Counted from the stretch's first letter, positions 16,526 through 25,078 are shown. The stretch is 35,957 bases of DNA from Pseudobdellovibrionaceae bacterium (GCA_022843085.1 JALHOI010000002.1:1-35957), one strand, 5' to 3'. Made by a program: numbers and translations. The notes: generated by a model from the letters alone, not told the origin.

Positions 16526-17281
16526 ATGAAACAAAAACCGCGCTTTATGAATTTCGCTGTCGACCACATGACTCTCTGTCTGCAGCCGCAGCTCTATACC
16601 GTCATGTACGCGGTGTTTCAGATTTTGTTCGGCCTTACTCCCGACGAGCTTCTGTATGAAAAGCGCCGCAAACATAAGGGCGGCAAAGAGGTTTCAATGA
16701 CCTTCGCCAATCGTATCGGTCGGTGGGAGTCTCAGTCGGGTAACGAGCTCGATACGATCATCGCGGTCGTGCAGCCCTCTGAACCGCTCGACGAACCGTC
16801 GCATGTTCGCGAGATGCTTGACGGCCACGAGCTGGCATCCCACTGGCAGCACATCGCACTGCGCACATCCGACCTCATGGGCTTTCACAAGTACGCGCTC
16901 GAGCGCGGCATTCAGTTCGTCACACCGATTCTTCGAGACGAGCACGACAACCTCATTCAGATTTTTTCTGGCGAGCTTTTTTATCCAGGTAGTCGAGCGT
17001 CCGGCCTCTTCTTCGAGTTTCTGCAGCGTGAGCCAAGTGATGGCGAACTTGCCGAGCTTCAAAAGGCCAACAAGCAGACTTGGTTTCGCGACGAAACCTT
17101 TCTTGGTCTTTACGACGAAAAAGAACGCGAGTATCAGTCGGGCAAGGTCCGACCACTTCTCTCTGAAGAGCTCTTCATGGCGATCTCCGAGAAAATTGGA
17201 CCGCGCCAGGTTTGGGAGCTCGACGAAAAAGCTCTCGGCGAAATCGAAGCCATCATGCTGAAGCACGGAAAAGCATCGTAG
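16526..17281 (+). CDS. VOC-superfamily protein, 4-hydroxyphenylpyruvate-dioxygenase-like
   Basis: ORF 16409..17281. Start at ATG 16526, 7 nt after ggagg. HIALRTSDL...LIQIFSGEL...GLFFEFLQR resembles the HPPD C-terminal barrel motif. Confidence 0.65.
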   Translation: MKQKPRFMNFAVDHMTLCLQPQLYTVMYAVFQILFGLTPDELLYEKRRKHKGGKEVSMTFANRIGRWESQSGNELDTIIAVVQPSEPLDEPSHVREMLDGHELASHWQHIALRTSDLMGFHKYALERGIQFVTPILRDEHDNLIQIFSGELFYPGSRASGLFFEFLQREPSDGELAELQKANKQTWFRDETFLGLYDEKEREYQSGKVRPLLSEELFMAISEKIGPRQVWELDEKALGEIEAIMLKHGKAS

Positions 17282-17344
17282 CAGGAGCTCGGTGATTTTT
17301 AAGGAACGCACCACATAAACGTGTCACGAAGCCTCGCTTTTGCT

Positions 17345-17620
17345 CGCTCTCCCAAAGTCGGATCACATTTAAGTGGTTTGAAGTAAGGCGCAGACGCTGA
17401 GCCGCCGCGCCGACGTTTGCGCGTCTGGTCTTCGAGCGTGATCATTGTGTGTATTCATGGTGCGAGGTCATGGTGTTAAGCTTGCGCCAGTCAGGCAGCA
17501 TGCAGTTGGTTTGCAACGCTTTTTTTGCGCCCCGCTAAGGAGCTTAGGGCCCTACGACCGTGTCGGCATTAGCATTAAAGGACGACCACCTTTAAGTGAT
17601 CCGACTTTTGGCGAAGCTCG
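17345..17620. other. non-coding segment bounded by an imperfect long-range inverted repeat (candidate structured RNA or MITE-like relic)
   Basis: aaagtcggatcac (17354-17366) is the exact reverse complement of gtgatccgacttt (17596-17608). Flanking bases extend the pairing imperfectly to about 30 nt. No credible ORF. Confidence 0.5.
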
Positions 17621-17660
17621 AAAAAGAGGTTCCGCCGACACTTCGAAGTGGTCACTTGAA

Positions 17661-18959
17661 CTAACGGCCCGTAGCGGTCATGCCTTCGACACACACCCAG
17701 GGGACCATTGTCATGCCATCGACAGCGCGTTCGCGAGACACCGAGGTGATGGCGCTCATAATCTGGAACAAGTTTCCTGAAACGATCAACTCGGAAACTG
17801 GCTTGCTGATAAATCCAGATTCGATCAAGAACGAGTTTTTTGCTACGATCGCGAAGTCACCGTTTGCGGCCGGCATGCCGCCCGAGAGGCGGCCTAAGAA
17901 AAGTCCGTTGTCGACATCACCGAAAAGGTCAACGAGGGACTTTGTGCCACCCTCAATAACCCAGTTGTTTCCCGAGTTAACGGAACGTGCGAGATTCGTT
18001 TTCTTCGCGCCGTAGTCTGACAGCATGAAAGTTTTTAAGATTCCGTTTTGCAGAATCACAGACGGTTCTGAGCCGTAGCCGTCTTCGGTCATAAATTCTT
18101 GCTTCGCAAAAGCGGGATTACGCGGTTCTATTCCGATCGTCAAAAGTGGTGACGCGACTGGTTTTTCAAGCGAAGCGCTGAACTTGCTGGTCCCCGAAAT
18201 CATGCGGTCGTCTTTGAGGTGAGCAAGCCAGAAGTTCAAAAGTACTGCAAATGCATCTGGCGCAATGACGATTGGTCCGGTGAGTTTTCCTTGAAAAGGT
18301 ACGATTGCAATTTCGCGCGACGAACTTTCGATGGCTCTTCGAAGTCCGCCCCAGTCGAGTAACTCAACTTCGAGATCCGATGCGTAGGCTCCACTATAAT
18401 TGATCGAGCTGGTCTTTCCATTTCGTTTCGAAAGAAAGCGTACACCGTGATTGTAGTAGCCTTCGGTCGAATCAACTTCGAGCCCCTCGGTGTTCGCACG
18501 AAGTGTACGCGTTCGAATGTAACGAAGAAGCGACTGCTTCAACATGCATTCAGGATAATTTTCGCCGACGTTCTTTAGAAAATGAGAAACGCGTTCATGC
18601 ATTTGGTAGTGCATCGGCTCGAGTGGTCCCATTTCGTTGTTGGGAACGAGTTGGCTGGGGGCAAAAGATCGTGCTGTATCGACGGGCGCCGATTGTGCGG
18701 CTTCTTGAAGTAATGCGATTCCGGTCTGCAGATTCACTTCATCCAGCTGATTGAGCATGATCGTTGCGAAGCGACCGCCCATGATTCCTCGAAGGGTGAT
18801 CTGGTCGCTCTCGGTGTTTCGAAGCAAGGCGAAGTCACTAAAGTCGACCTGCATCTCGGTGAGGTGTTCGTTAACGATTTGAACTTCGGCGTGGTCAAAG
18901 CCCGCTGTCACAATGCGACCCATGATTCGCTTTAGAAAGTCGAGGTTAATGTGGTCCAC
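17661..18959 (-). CDS. pmbA: PmbA/TldE-family metalloprotease subunit
   Basis: ORF 17661..19058, a TldD/PmbA-family fold without the HExxxH motif. Start placed at GTG 18959, which shares one base with the tldD stop (TAGTG). ATG 18986 or the later ATG (MGRIV) is possible. Confidence 0.8.
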   Translation of the reverse strand: MDHINLDFLKRIMGRIVTAGFDHAEVQIVNEHLTEMQVDFSDFALLRNTESDQITLRGIMGGRFATIMLNQLDEVNLQTGIALLQEAAQSAPVDTARSFAPSQLVPNNEMGPLEPMHYQMHERVSHFLKNVGENYPECMLKQSLLRYIRTRTLRANTEGLEVDSTEGYYNHGVRFLSKRNGKTSSINYSGAYASDLEVELLDWGGLRRAIESSSREIAIVPFQGKLTGPIVIAPDAFAVLLNFWLAHLKDDRMISGTSKFSASLEKPVASPLLTIGIEPRNPAFAKQEFMTEDGYGSEPSVILQNGILKTFMLSDYGAKKTNLARSVNSGNNWVIEGGTKSLVDLFGDVDNGLFLGRLSGGMPAANGDFAIVAKNSFLIESGFISKPVSELIVSGNLFQIMSAITSVSRERAVDGMTMVPWVCVEGMTATGR

Positions 18960-20362
18960 TAGTTGCCGCCTACTCGAACCCGGCATTTGATCGCCGGACT
19001 GCCAACGCCGACGGGCATAAGTTGCTTCTTCGTACAAAGGTAGCCTGACGAGTCCCACTTAAATTCGTCGCCCACCATCGAAACCGAGCGCAACATGTCG
19101 AACGCGAGTCCTGAAATTGAGGTGTCGCGCAAAACTCGGCCAAGTTTTCCGTTCTTGATTTCGAAGCCTGTGCCGACGGCGAACATGAACTCTCCGGTTG
19201 TGTCGGCCTGACCTTTACCGGCTTTCATTAAGTAGTAGCCATCTTCAATCGAAGCAATCATAGCGTCGATTTTCGAACTGCCAGGATGCACGACTGTGTT
19301 TCGCATTCGAATCAGTGGTTCATCTGAATGAGAAAACGCGCGGGCGTGACCGGTCGGCTTTTGTTCAAAGTGCATCGCCGTTTCACGGTTGTTCATAAAA
19401 GATTTCAGAACGCCGTTGTGAATGATCGACGTATTCTCTGCTTCGATTCCCTCGTCATCAATGTGAACTGGTTGCGGACAAGTCTTGCCAGCATACGTGT
19501 GGGCAAAATCTGTGAACGAGATCAAGGGGCTCCCAACAAGGCGCTCGACTTGCTCGGCAGCCACTGATCCGGCAAGAACCAAATCAGCTTCAGCGGCGTG
19601 GCCGATCGCTTCATGCATGACAATTGCGGCGAGGTCCTGCGCTAAGATGACGTCACGAGGCCCGGCCGCCGGTGACACGCCTTCAGCCTTTCGCGCCGTC
19701 ATCTGATAGATTTCATCAATCCAACTTTCGAATGTGTCGGGATTGACCAAGAAATGGTCTTGAAGCTGGCCGAGGCCGCCGCGAGTATCTTGAAATTGGA
19801 TGGGACCTTGTTTGGTCGACTTGGTCATCGAGACTGTGAAGTGCGCGCGCGGCACCATGGTGTGAATTTCTTGACCGTCGGAAGTGACGATATGCTTTTC
19901 GATATCAAGGGCTTGCATACGCAGCTGGCGCGACTTCAGGTCGGGGTACTTACGTAAAATCATCGCATCGAGGAATTTTAAAAATTCAAGCCAGATGGCC
20001 GTCGACATCGGGCTCTTGCTGCTGGCGTAGCTCTTATCGAATTTGCCGACCTGGCTAAATGCTATCGTCGAGCCGCTCTTTTGAGATCGTCCTGCTAAGA
20101 ATTTCGCGTTACGTGTTGATTCGCGAAGAGCTGACAGCGCAGAGTCTTTTGACGGATTCGAATAGGATGAAAAACCCCAATACCCGCCGGTGAACGAACG
20201 TGCCGACACCCCACGAGTTGTATCCGTCAGGTTTGTTTCGAGTTCGCCGTTGTTAAGCACTAAAAGAATCTTCCGATTCTCTTGGTAGCGAATCTCGCTG
20301 TAGACCCGGTAGACTCCGGATGCCGTTGAGAATTCTGATTTCAAGGATTTAAGGTCAAGCAT
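18959..20362 (-). CDS. tldD: TldD metalloprotease
   Basis: 467 aa with the catalytic HEAIGHAAEAD motif. Family-typical N-terminus (...GVSARSFTGGYWGFSS) and C-terminus. Confidence 0.9.
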   Translation of the reverse strand: MLDLKSLKSEFSTASGVYRVYSEIRYQENRKILLVLNNGELETNLTDTTRGVSARSFTGGYWGFSSYSNPSKDSALSALRESTRNAKFLAGRSQKSGSTIAFSQVGKFDKSYASSKSPMSTAIWLEFLKFLDAMILRKYPDLKSRQLRMQALDIEKHIVTSDGQEIHTMVPRAHFTVSMTKSTKQGPIQFQDTRGGLGQLQDHFLVNPDTFESWIDEIYQMTARKAEGVSPAAGPRDVILAQDLAAIVMHEAIGHAAEADLVLAGSVAAEQVERLVGSPLISFTDFAHTYAGKTCPQPVHIDDEGIEAENTSIIHNGVLKSFMNNRETAMHFEQKPTGHARAFSHSDEPLIRMRNTVVHPGSSKIDAMIASIEDGYYLMKAGKGQADTTGEFMFAVGTGFEIKNGKLGRVLRDTSISGLAFDMLRSVSMVGDEFKWDSSGYLCTKKQLMPVGVGSPAIKCRVRVGGN

Positions 20363-20575
20363 GCCGTTCTAGAATGAGGCCGCGGATCAATCTGGTCAAT
20401 GGTGGCACGAGTAGGATTTGTGTTAACGTCATCGAGAACTCTGAGCGCATTCTAAACAGCTGGCGGCGTACCTTATGATGAAATGATCATTTATCTGCTT
20501 ACAAGTTCGCCGACTTCGTTGAAATTTTCTACGTTTGCGACTCTCGTCTCGTCAGGCGAAAACGCCGACCAAACT

Positions 20576-20602
20576 AAAAAGCCGACTGAAGAAGCCGGCT
20601 TT
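20576..20602 (-). terminator. candidate intrinsic terminator downstream of the RGG-tail gene
   Basis: The minus strand reads aaagccggcttcttcagtcggcttttt. The agccg/cggct stem is followed by T5, about 35 nt after the stop at 20638. Confidence 0.45.
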
Positions 20603-20637
20603 CACAAACACGCACAGTTCGAATTTCAGAAAGTACT

Positions 20638-21111
20638 TTAAGTTTTCGCAGCGGCTTTTTTTGCTGCGAGGGCAGCTTGGCTAGCCTTCGACTTCTCAAG
20701 CTTAGCTGCCTTTTCTTCAGGCGACATGCCCCATGGAGACGACTTCGAATCGCTCTTTCCACCGCGTCCGCCGCCTCGACCACCGCGTTTTCCGTCGTCT
20801 TTCGGTTTATCAGCTCGAACTGTGACAAGCGCTTCGGGGTAAATTGCGATGTCTTCAGTTTGTGTCGCTTTTGCCGGAGCACGCTCGCCCTCTGCGAGGC
20901 GTACGACCAAAACGCGCTTTAAGTTTTCAGAGTTCGCGGCTGCAACTTCGAGAGCTGTAAGAAAATAGCCGAGCTTTTCGCCCTCAAGCTTGTAGGTCGT
21001 ACCGAGTGCCGCTTGAATCTCTTCGGCGGACTTACCGTCGGCTGCAAGAGCCGCTTTGGCTTTCAGCGCTGCGTTCAAAGTAAAGCTTGCGAATTCTGTA
21101 ACGGCTTTCAT
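20638..21111 (-). CDS. small protein with a structured N-terminal domain and an RGG / Lys-Ala-rich basic tail
   Basis: 157 aa. The tail reads KRGGRGGGRGGKSDSKSS...AAKLEKSKASQAALAAKKAAAKT. Good SD (gaggag, 7-nt spacing). No family recognised. Confidence 0.7.
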   Translation of the reverse strand: MKAVTEFASFTLNAALKAKAALAADGKSAEEIQAALGTTYKLEGEKLGYFLTALEVAAANSENLKRVLVVRLAEGERAPAKATQTEDIAIYPEALVTVRADKPKDDGKRGGRGGGRGGKSDSKSSPWGMSPEEKAAKLEKSKASQAALAAKKAAAKT

Positions 21112-21124
21112 CGGGATACTCCTC

Positions 21125-21154
21125 GGGCGTGGATTGCGGGGGCGTGGATTGAGG
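21125..21154. repeat. 15-bp direct repeat, 2 copies, abutting the SD of the RGG-tail gene
   Basis: gggcgtggattgcgg (21125-21139) is followed by gggcgtggattgagg (21140-21154). On the minus strand this reads cctcaatccacgccc ccgcaatccacgccc GAGGAG. Confidence 0.8.
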
Positions 21155-21306
21155 CGCCAACATGGTCTGATTCGGCAGCCTCGTCAAGGGGAGCCCCGTC
21201 CAGTGCCTTTAAAATCGAGCTCGATTTGTGTTAGTCTCAGTGGATGACAGAGAAACAATTCGCTTTTTTCAGACCGGAGACACCGAGAAGGTCAGGGGTT
21301 AGAGAC

Positions 21307-22050
21307 ATGCCGCTAAGATTTTTCGCGATGAAGTCGTTTCGAATTTTAGTTTGTCTCTTATTTTTTGCAGGATGCGCGTCGGCCCCACCCGTTATTGAAA
21401 GCCCGCGGCCCGAACCCACGGCCGCGCCCTTTGAGGCAAAAAGCCAGCAGCCAGAAGCGCCGGCCGTGGCCGGATGTCGCGTGTTTACGTCAGTCGAAGA
21501 GCCGCTTGAGTTCGATCAGTGTGTTGAGAGCGTGACCTCTGATGGCACTTTAGTTTTGAAGCCTGCGATATTGAAAGCGGTGAAGCCTCATTTAAGTAGA
21601 GCTAGCCGCTTGAAGCACCTCTGGCTGATGCTGACGAAAGAAAAGTCGTCGAACCCGGTTTTTAGAGGACCCGTTGTCGCTTATATGGGCCAAGGCCCTT
21701 CGGGCGTAAGCATCGCGCGTCAGGTCGCATACTTTGACAATGGACCTGATTTTTTCTCGGAAGGCTTGGCGCGATCCATTTCGAAAAACGGCAAGGTCGG
21801 GTTTATCAATGACCGACTGGTAACGGTCATACGTGAAGAATTCGATTTTGCGACACCCTTCAAAAATGGAAAGAGCGCGGCTTGCACCGGCTGCGTATCA
21901 GAAAGCGTGGGCGAACACTCTGTAGTTAAAGATGGCCAGTGGCGGCTGATTGATAAACGTGGGAAACTGTTAAAGGGGCCAGCTCTTACTCAAGCCGAGG
22001 CCTACGACGCGCTCGGCTCAATGGATGAGTCGAAGCCAGCTTCGCGTTAA
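21307..22050 (+). CDS. lipoprotein with a WG-repeat-like C-terminal region
   Basis: ORF 21244..22050. Signal plus lipobox (ILVCLLFFAGC). FSEGLARSISKNGKVGFINDRLVTVIREEFDFATPFKNGKSAA resembles KWG/WG repeats. Start is 21307 or 21328. Confidence 0.65.
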   Translation: MPLRFFAMKSFRILVCLLFFAGCASAPPVIESPRPEPTAAPFEAKSQQPEAPAVAGCRVFTSVEEPLEFDQCVESVTSDGTLVLKPAILKAVKPHLSRASRLKHLWLMLTKEKSSNPVFRGPVVAYMGQGPSGVSIARQVAYFDNGPDFFSEGLARSISKNGKVGFINDRLVTVIREEFDFATPFKNGKSAACTGCVSESVGEHSVVKDGQWRLIDKRGKLLKGPALTQAEAYDALGSMDESKPASR

Positions 22051-22095
22051 CTTGTCGAAGCCAGCTTCGCGTTAACTTGTCGAAGCCAGCTTCGC
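22030..22095. repeat. 25-bp tandem repeat, about 2.6 copies, covering the stop codons of two convergent genes
   Basis: tcgaagccagcttcgcgttaacttg occurs at 22030-22054 and 22055-22079, with a partial copy at 22080-22095. Each unit holds the hairpin cgaag-ccag-cttcg and the palindrome gttaac. Confidence 0.9.
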
Positions 22096-22584
22096 AAGGG
22101 GATCGCCCGTCAATCTGTGTACGGTCCATTCGTTCATTGGTTTGGCTCCGATCGAAAGGTAGAGATCAATCGCCTTTTGATTCCAGTCGAGTACAGACCA
22201 TTCGAGTCGGCCGTATCCGCGCTCGATCGTGAGTTGCGCAAGTCGTACAAGAAGCCCGCGCCCGCAACCGAGTCCGCGATGCGCGGGTGCGACATAAAGG
22301 TCTTCAAGGTAGAGTCCCGGCTTTCCCAAAAATGTCGAAAAGCTTGTGAAGAAAAGTGCGAAACCAACGCACTGATTTCCGACATGGGCTAAAAGCACCT
22401 CGGCTGGCGGTTTCTCGCCGAATAAGTGAAGTTTAAGTTCATCGCGATTTGTGGTCACTTCGTGCTCGAGCTTTTCAAACTTAGCAAGTTCCAAGATGAA
22501 CTGAAAGACGAGGTCGACGTCATCGGCCGTCGCCGGGCGAATTGAAAAAGATGGGCGTGCTGTTTCGTTTTTGGCCATCGCCAA
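22072..22584 (-). CDS. GNAT-family N-acetyltransferase (diamine/spermidine acetyltransferase-like)
   Basis: 170 aa. IRPATADDVDLVFQFILELAKFEKL at the N-terminus and acetyl-CoA motif A (HRGLGCGRGLL). Confidence 0.85.
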   Translation of the reverse strand: MAMAKNETARPSFSIRPATADDVDLVFQFILELAKFEKLEHEVTTNRDELKLHLFGEKPPAEVLLAHVGNQCVGFALFFTSFSTFLGKPGLYLEDLYVAPAHRGLGCGRGLLVRLAQLTIERGYGRLEWSVLDWNQKAIDLYLSIGAKPMNEWTVHRLTGDPLAKLASTS

Positions 22585-22685
22585 TTGTAAAGCTCGAACC
22601 CCTTTTGAGCTACAGCTGTCGCCCGGCTGGGCTTTCGTCCGAACTCTACGGCTAAAACTCGACTGGAATCGAGTCCGACCGATAA

Positions 22686-23840
22686 GTGGTCGTGGGAAAG
22701 TCGCCGCTACAATTGAACAGAGCGTCTCGTCGCCGGGTCGGTCCGGTGGTCGTTGGAATTCTATTTTTCATCGCCGCCTGCGGAATCTCGCTCGACTTCT
22801 TGGCCCGGCAGTTCGAAATACACCGGCATCCCGCCCCTGGCGTTGTCTCGCCGATTGTCGCGCTCCGGGGCGCGCCGAATGCTGGACCCCGGGGCGCGCC
22901 GAACGTTGCGCCGAATATCGCGCCAACTGTTGCAGTAAATGAAGATCCGTTTGCCGATGATCTTTCGATGATCGGGCCGGATTCTCCGATCGGGCGATCA
23001 GATTCAAGTCTTCCTTTCTCGAGCCCGTGGCCGACTCAAGTTCGGCGCACGCAGAATCCTTCGGAGCGTGCCTCTGAAGCCGACCCTGCGGACGAGCCGA
23101 TCGAAATGGCGCGGGGGAAGGTTCGCGCACCTGCCCAATTCGAATACGAGGCGCCGCCCGAAGATCTGAAAATCGACTTGAATCCTTCGCTTTGGAAGGG
23201 GGCACCACAACTTTTACCGTCGCCGATGTATGTGAGCCAGCTCACCGAGCGTCGGGCCCTCGACATTCGCGGTGATGGCTGGGTGATCATCGACGTGAAT
23301 CGTGCGCAAATTTTAAAAGTGGAACTCTTCAAATCGCGAGCCGGCTCGATCAACGAAAGACGTGTCATTGAGGCCAAGTATCCCGGCGGAAGCGAAGTCG
23401 TAAATCCGAATCGGGCCGGTTTTGTGATTGCACGTGGTATTCCGCGTCTTCAGCCTGGAGGATTCGAAGTTTTCGAAAACCCTGATTGCTTGACCCGATT
23501 CTCGAACGTCAGAAATGAAGAAATTTGTGAGGTTACAGTACGCGGGAATAAAACAAGATTTAAATTTAAACCACCAGTACCTCCTGCCGAAGGGCCGTTG
23601 CCAGATTTCATGCTTTCGGATGTTTTTGTCGACATGGGAAAACTGGGATGGAAGCAGATCACGGCCTTTAACGAGAACTTCTATCCGTTGGGTGATCCAA
23701 ATCGTGATGGTTATCCCGACTTTCTTGTCGAAAGTATCACGGGTGCCGACGAGTCGGGTGTCCATATCTTGTTGATGTCGGAAGCGGGCGAGAGCGGCAC
23801 CGACTACACACCGTACACCGCTCGATTCAAAGGCTATTAG
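22686..23840 (+). CDS. hypothetical lipoprotein or membrane-anchored protein
   Basis: Basic N-region plus hydrophobic core plus IAAC lipobox. Pro/Ala repeat (GAPNAGPRGAPNVAPNIAPTVA). The C-terminal DPNRDGYPDFLVES is an FG-GAP-like Ca-binding motif. GTG start, uncertain. Confidence 0.6.
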   Translation: MVVGKSPLQLNRASRRRVGPVVVGILFFIAACGISLDFLARQFEIHRHPAPGVVSPIVALRGAPNAGPRGAPNVAPNIAPTVAVNEDPFADDLSMIGPDSPIGRSDSSLPFSSPWPTQVRRTQNPSERASEADPADEPIEMARGKVRAPAQFEYEAPPEDLKIDLNPSLWKGAPQLLPSPMYVSQLTERRALDIRGDGWVIIDVNRAQILKVELFKSRAGSINERRVIEAKYPGGSEVVNPNRAGFVIARGIPRLQPGGFEVFENPDCLTRFSNVRNEEICEVTVRGNKTRFKFKPPVPPAEGPLPDFMLSDVFVDMGKLGWKQITAFNENFYPLGDPNRDGYPDFLVESITGADESGVHILLMSEAGESGTDYTPYTARFKGY

Positions 23841-23981
23841 CAGCCAAAAATCGTCATTTTGAAACCAGGTCTTCGTCTTGAATGACAATTTTCGGCTACG
23901 GCCGTCTGCCGTCGCGATGCTACTCGCCAATCAGGTTGGTCGGAATCCTGCTCTCTCTGGCTAGCTGTAGCGGAGGTACTC

Positions 23982-25028
23982 GTGGCTTCAGTTCAGAAAA
24001 TAATCTTCCTTTCTTCGGTTTCGCTGTTGGTCGCAACGCTTGTCGCGTGCGGCAAGCCCTCGATTCGATCAAAAACGATGGACGCACCCTCGCCCTTAGC
24101 TAATCCCGAAAAGGCCGAAGTCGAAAATAAGGCAGCCGACGACGCGGCCAAAGACGCAGCCACTCGAGCCGCCGCAAATGGTGACGACGCCGCAAGAGCT
24201 TCAGCTCAAGCTGAGATTCAAAGAAAAAAAACGGCCCGCGAGGCCGCGATTCGAGATCTTACGGCTATGATGTCACGCGACGGTGTCACCGCAGCTGATC
24301 TCGAGAAGGCGCGAAGTAAAGTCGCTGAAGTCTCGGAGGGTTTACCTCCCGAAGTGATCAAAGAAATTCCGGAACCCGAAGTGACGCCTGCTCGCCCGGC
24401 TGCAGTGAAGCTTACCGAAGTCGAGACCGCAACCCGAAGAGCATTTGCGATTGCGATGATCGAACCCGTCATGCGCGCGAACTTTCAAGTTTTTCTCGCG
24501 CGTCACGAGGTATTGCGTTTGAAGGCGAAGGTTGAGTCAAACAGCGAGCTTTCAAACGAAGAAGCGGCATGGCTTGAAACGCTAAGAGCCGAGTATCTGG
24601 CTCCTCAACCGGGCTCCGAGGATAAGTACGGCTTTAACGCAATTCTTGAGCGCGTCGATGGAGTTCCACTTTCCTTCCTGGCAGCTCCATTAGCGCTCGG
24701 ATCAAACTGGGTTGTGAATACTGACGTCGCGACTGATAAAATTGTTCAACGCATCTTCGAGCTCAACACATCGCCTTCAGACGACAAGCTGCGCTTTCGG
24801 TCAGCGCGGTCAGTTTTAAAGCAGGCACAACAAGAAGAATCACATTCATTGATGAAGGCGTTTCTGAACTACCCGAACGCCGCTCAAAGTCCGGCACTCG
24901 ATAAAATCTTATCGACGGTGACCGAACTCTTGCAGTACACGCTTGCCGAGTCCGCTGTCAAAGAAGTGGACCGCGTTGGTGAGTTGCTGAAGGCTGAGTA
25001 TGAATCAAAAAACCCGACCAAGCCGTAG
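23982..25028 (+). CDS. hypothetical lipoprotein (Ala/Glu-rich N-terminal half)
   Basis: GTG start lies 5 nt after ggagg. Signal plus lipobox (LLVATLVACG). No family recognised. Confidence 0.7.
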   Translation: MASVQKIIFLSSVSLLVATLVACGKPSIRSKTMDAPSPLANPEKAEVENKAADDAAKDAATRAAANGDDAARASAQAEIQRKKTAREAAIRDLTAMMSRDGVTAADLEKARSKVAEVSEGLPPEVIKEIPEPEVTPARPAAVKLTEVETATRRAFAIAMIEPVMRANFQVFLARHEVLRLKAKVESNSELSNEEAAWLETLRAEYLAPQPGSEDKYGFNAILERVDGVPLSFLAAPLALGSNWVVNTDVATDKIVQRIFELNTSPSDDKLRFRSARSVLKQAQQEESHSLMKAFLNYPNAAQSPALDKILSTVTELLQYTLAESAVKEVDRVGELLKAEYESKNPTKP

Positions 25029-25050
25029 AGCTCCCTAGCCACCTGTCGCC

Positions 25051-25078
25051 TCGACGTCTGTCCTGGCGAAAGTATAAT
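25051..25078 (+). promoter_or_regulatory. candidate sigma70-type promoter (tcgacg-N16-tataat)
   Basis: Perfect -10 hexamer tataat at 25073-25078 with a 4/6 -35 match at 25051-25056. It would give a leader of about 200 nt before ATG 25284. Confidence 0.35.

Noticed and set aside
17282-17660. Known housekeeping RNAs (RNase P RNA, tmRNA, SRP/4.5S, 6S, c-di-GMP riboswitch) in the 380-bp gap.
   Set aside because: I could not find the P4 consensus (GAGGAAAGUCCGG...ACAGAACCCGGCUUA), a tRNA-like 3' end with CCA, the SRP domain-IV GGAA/AGCA motif, or GEMM-I conserved segments. AAAGUCGGAUC resembles the P4 5' strand only superficially and occurs in both orientations. A covariance-model scan is still needed.
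17445-17780. 111-aa plus-strand ORF in the gap.
   Set aside because: It has no SD and an Arg/Gly/His-rich composition. Its last 40 codons or so overlap the pmbA 3' end on the opposite strand.
20403-20420. tggcac at 20403-20408 as a sigma54 -24 element.
   Set aside because: The expected ttgc -12 element is absent at the right spacing (the sequence is gagtaggattt). The orientation points into the 3' end of a minus-strand gene.
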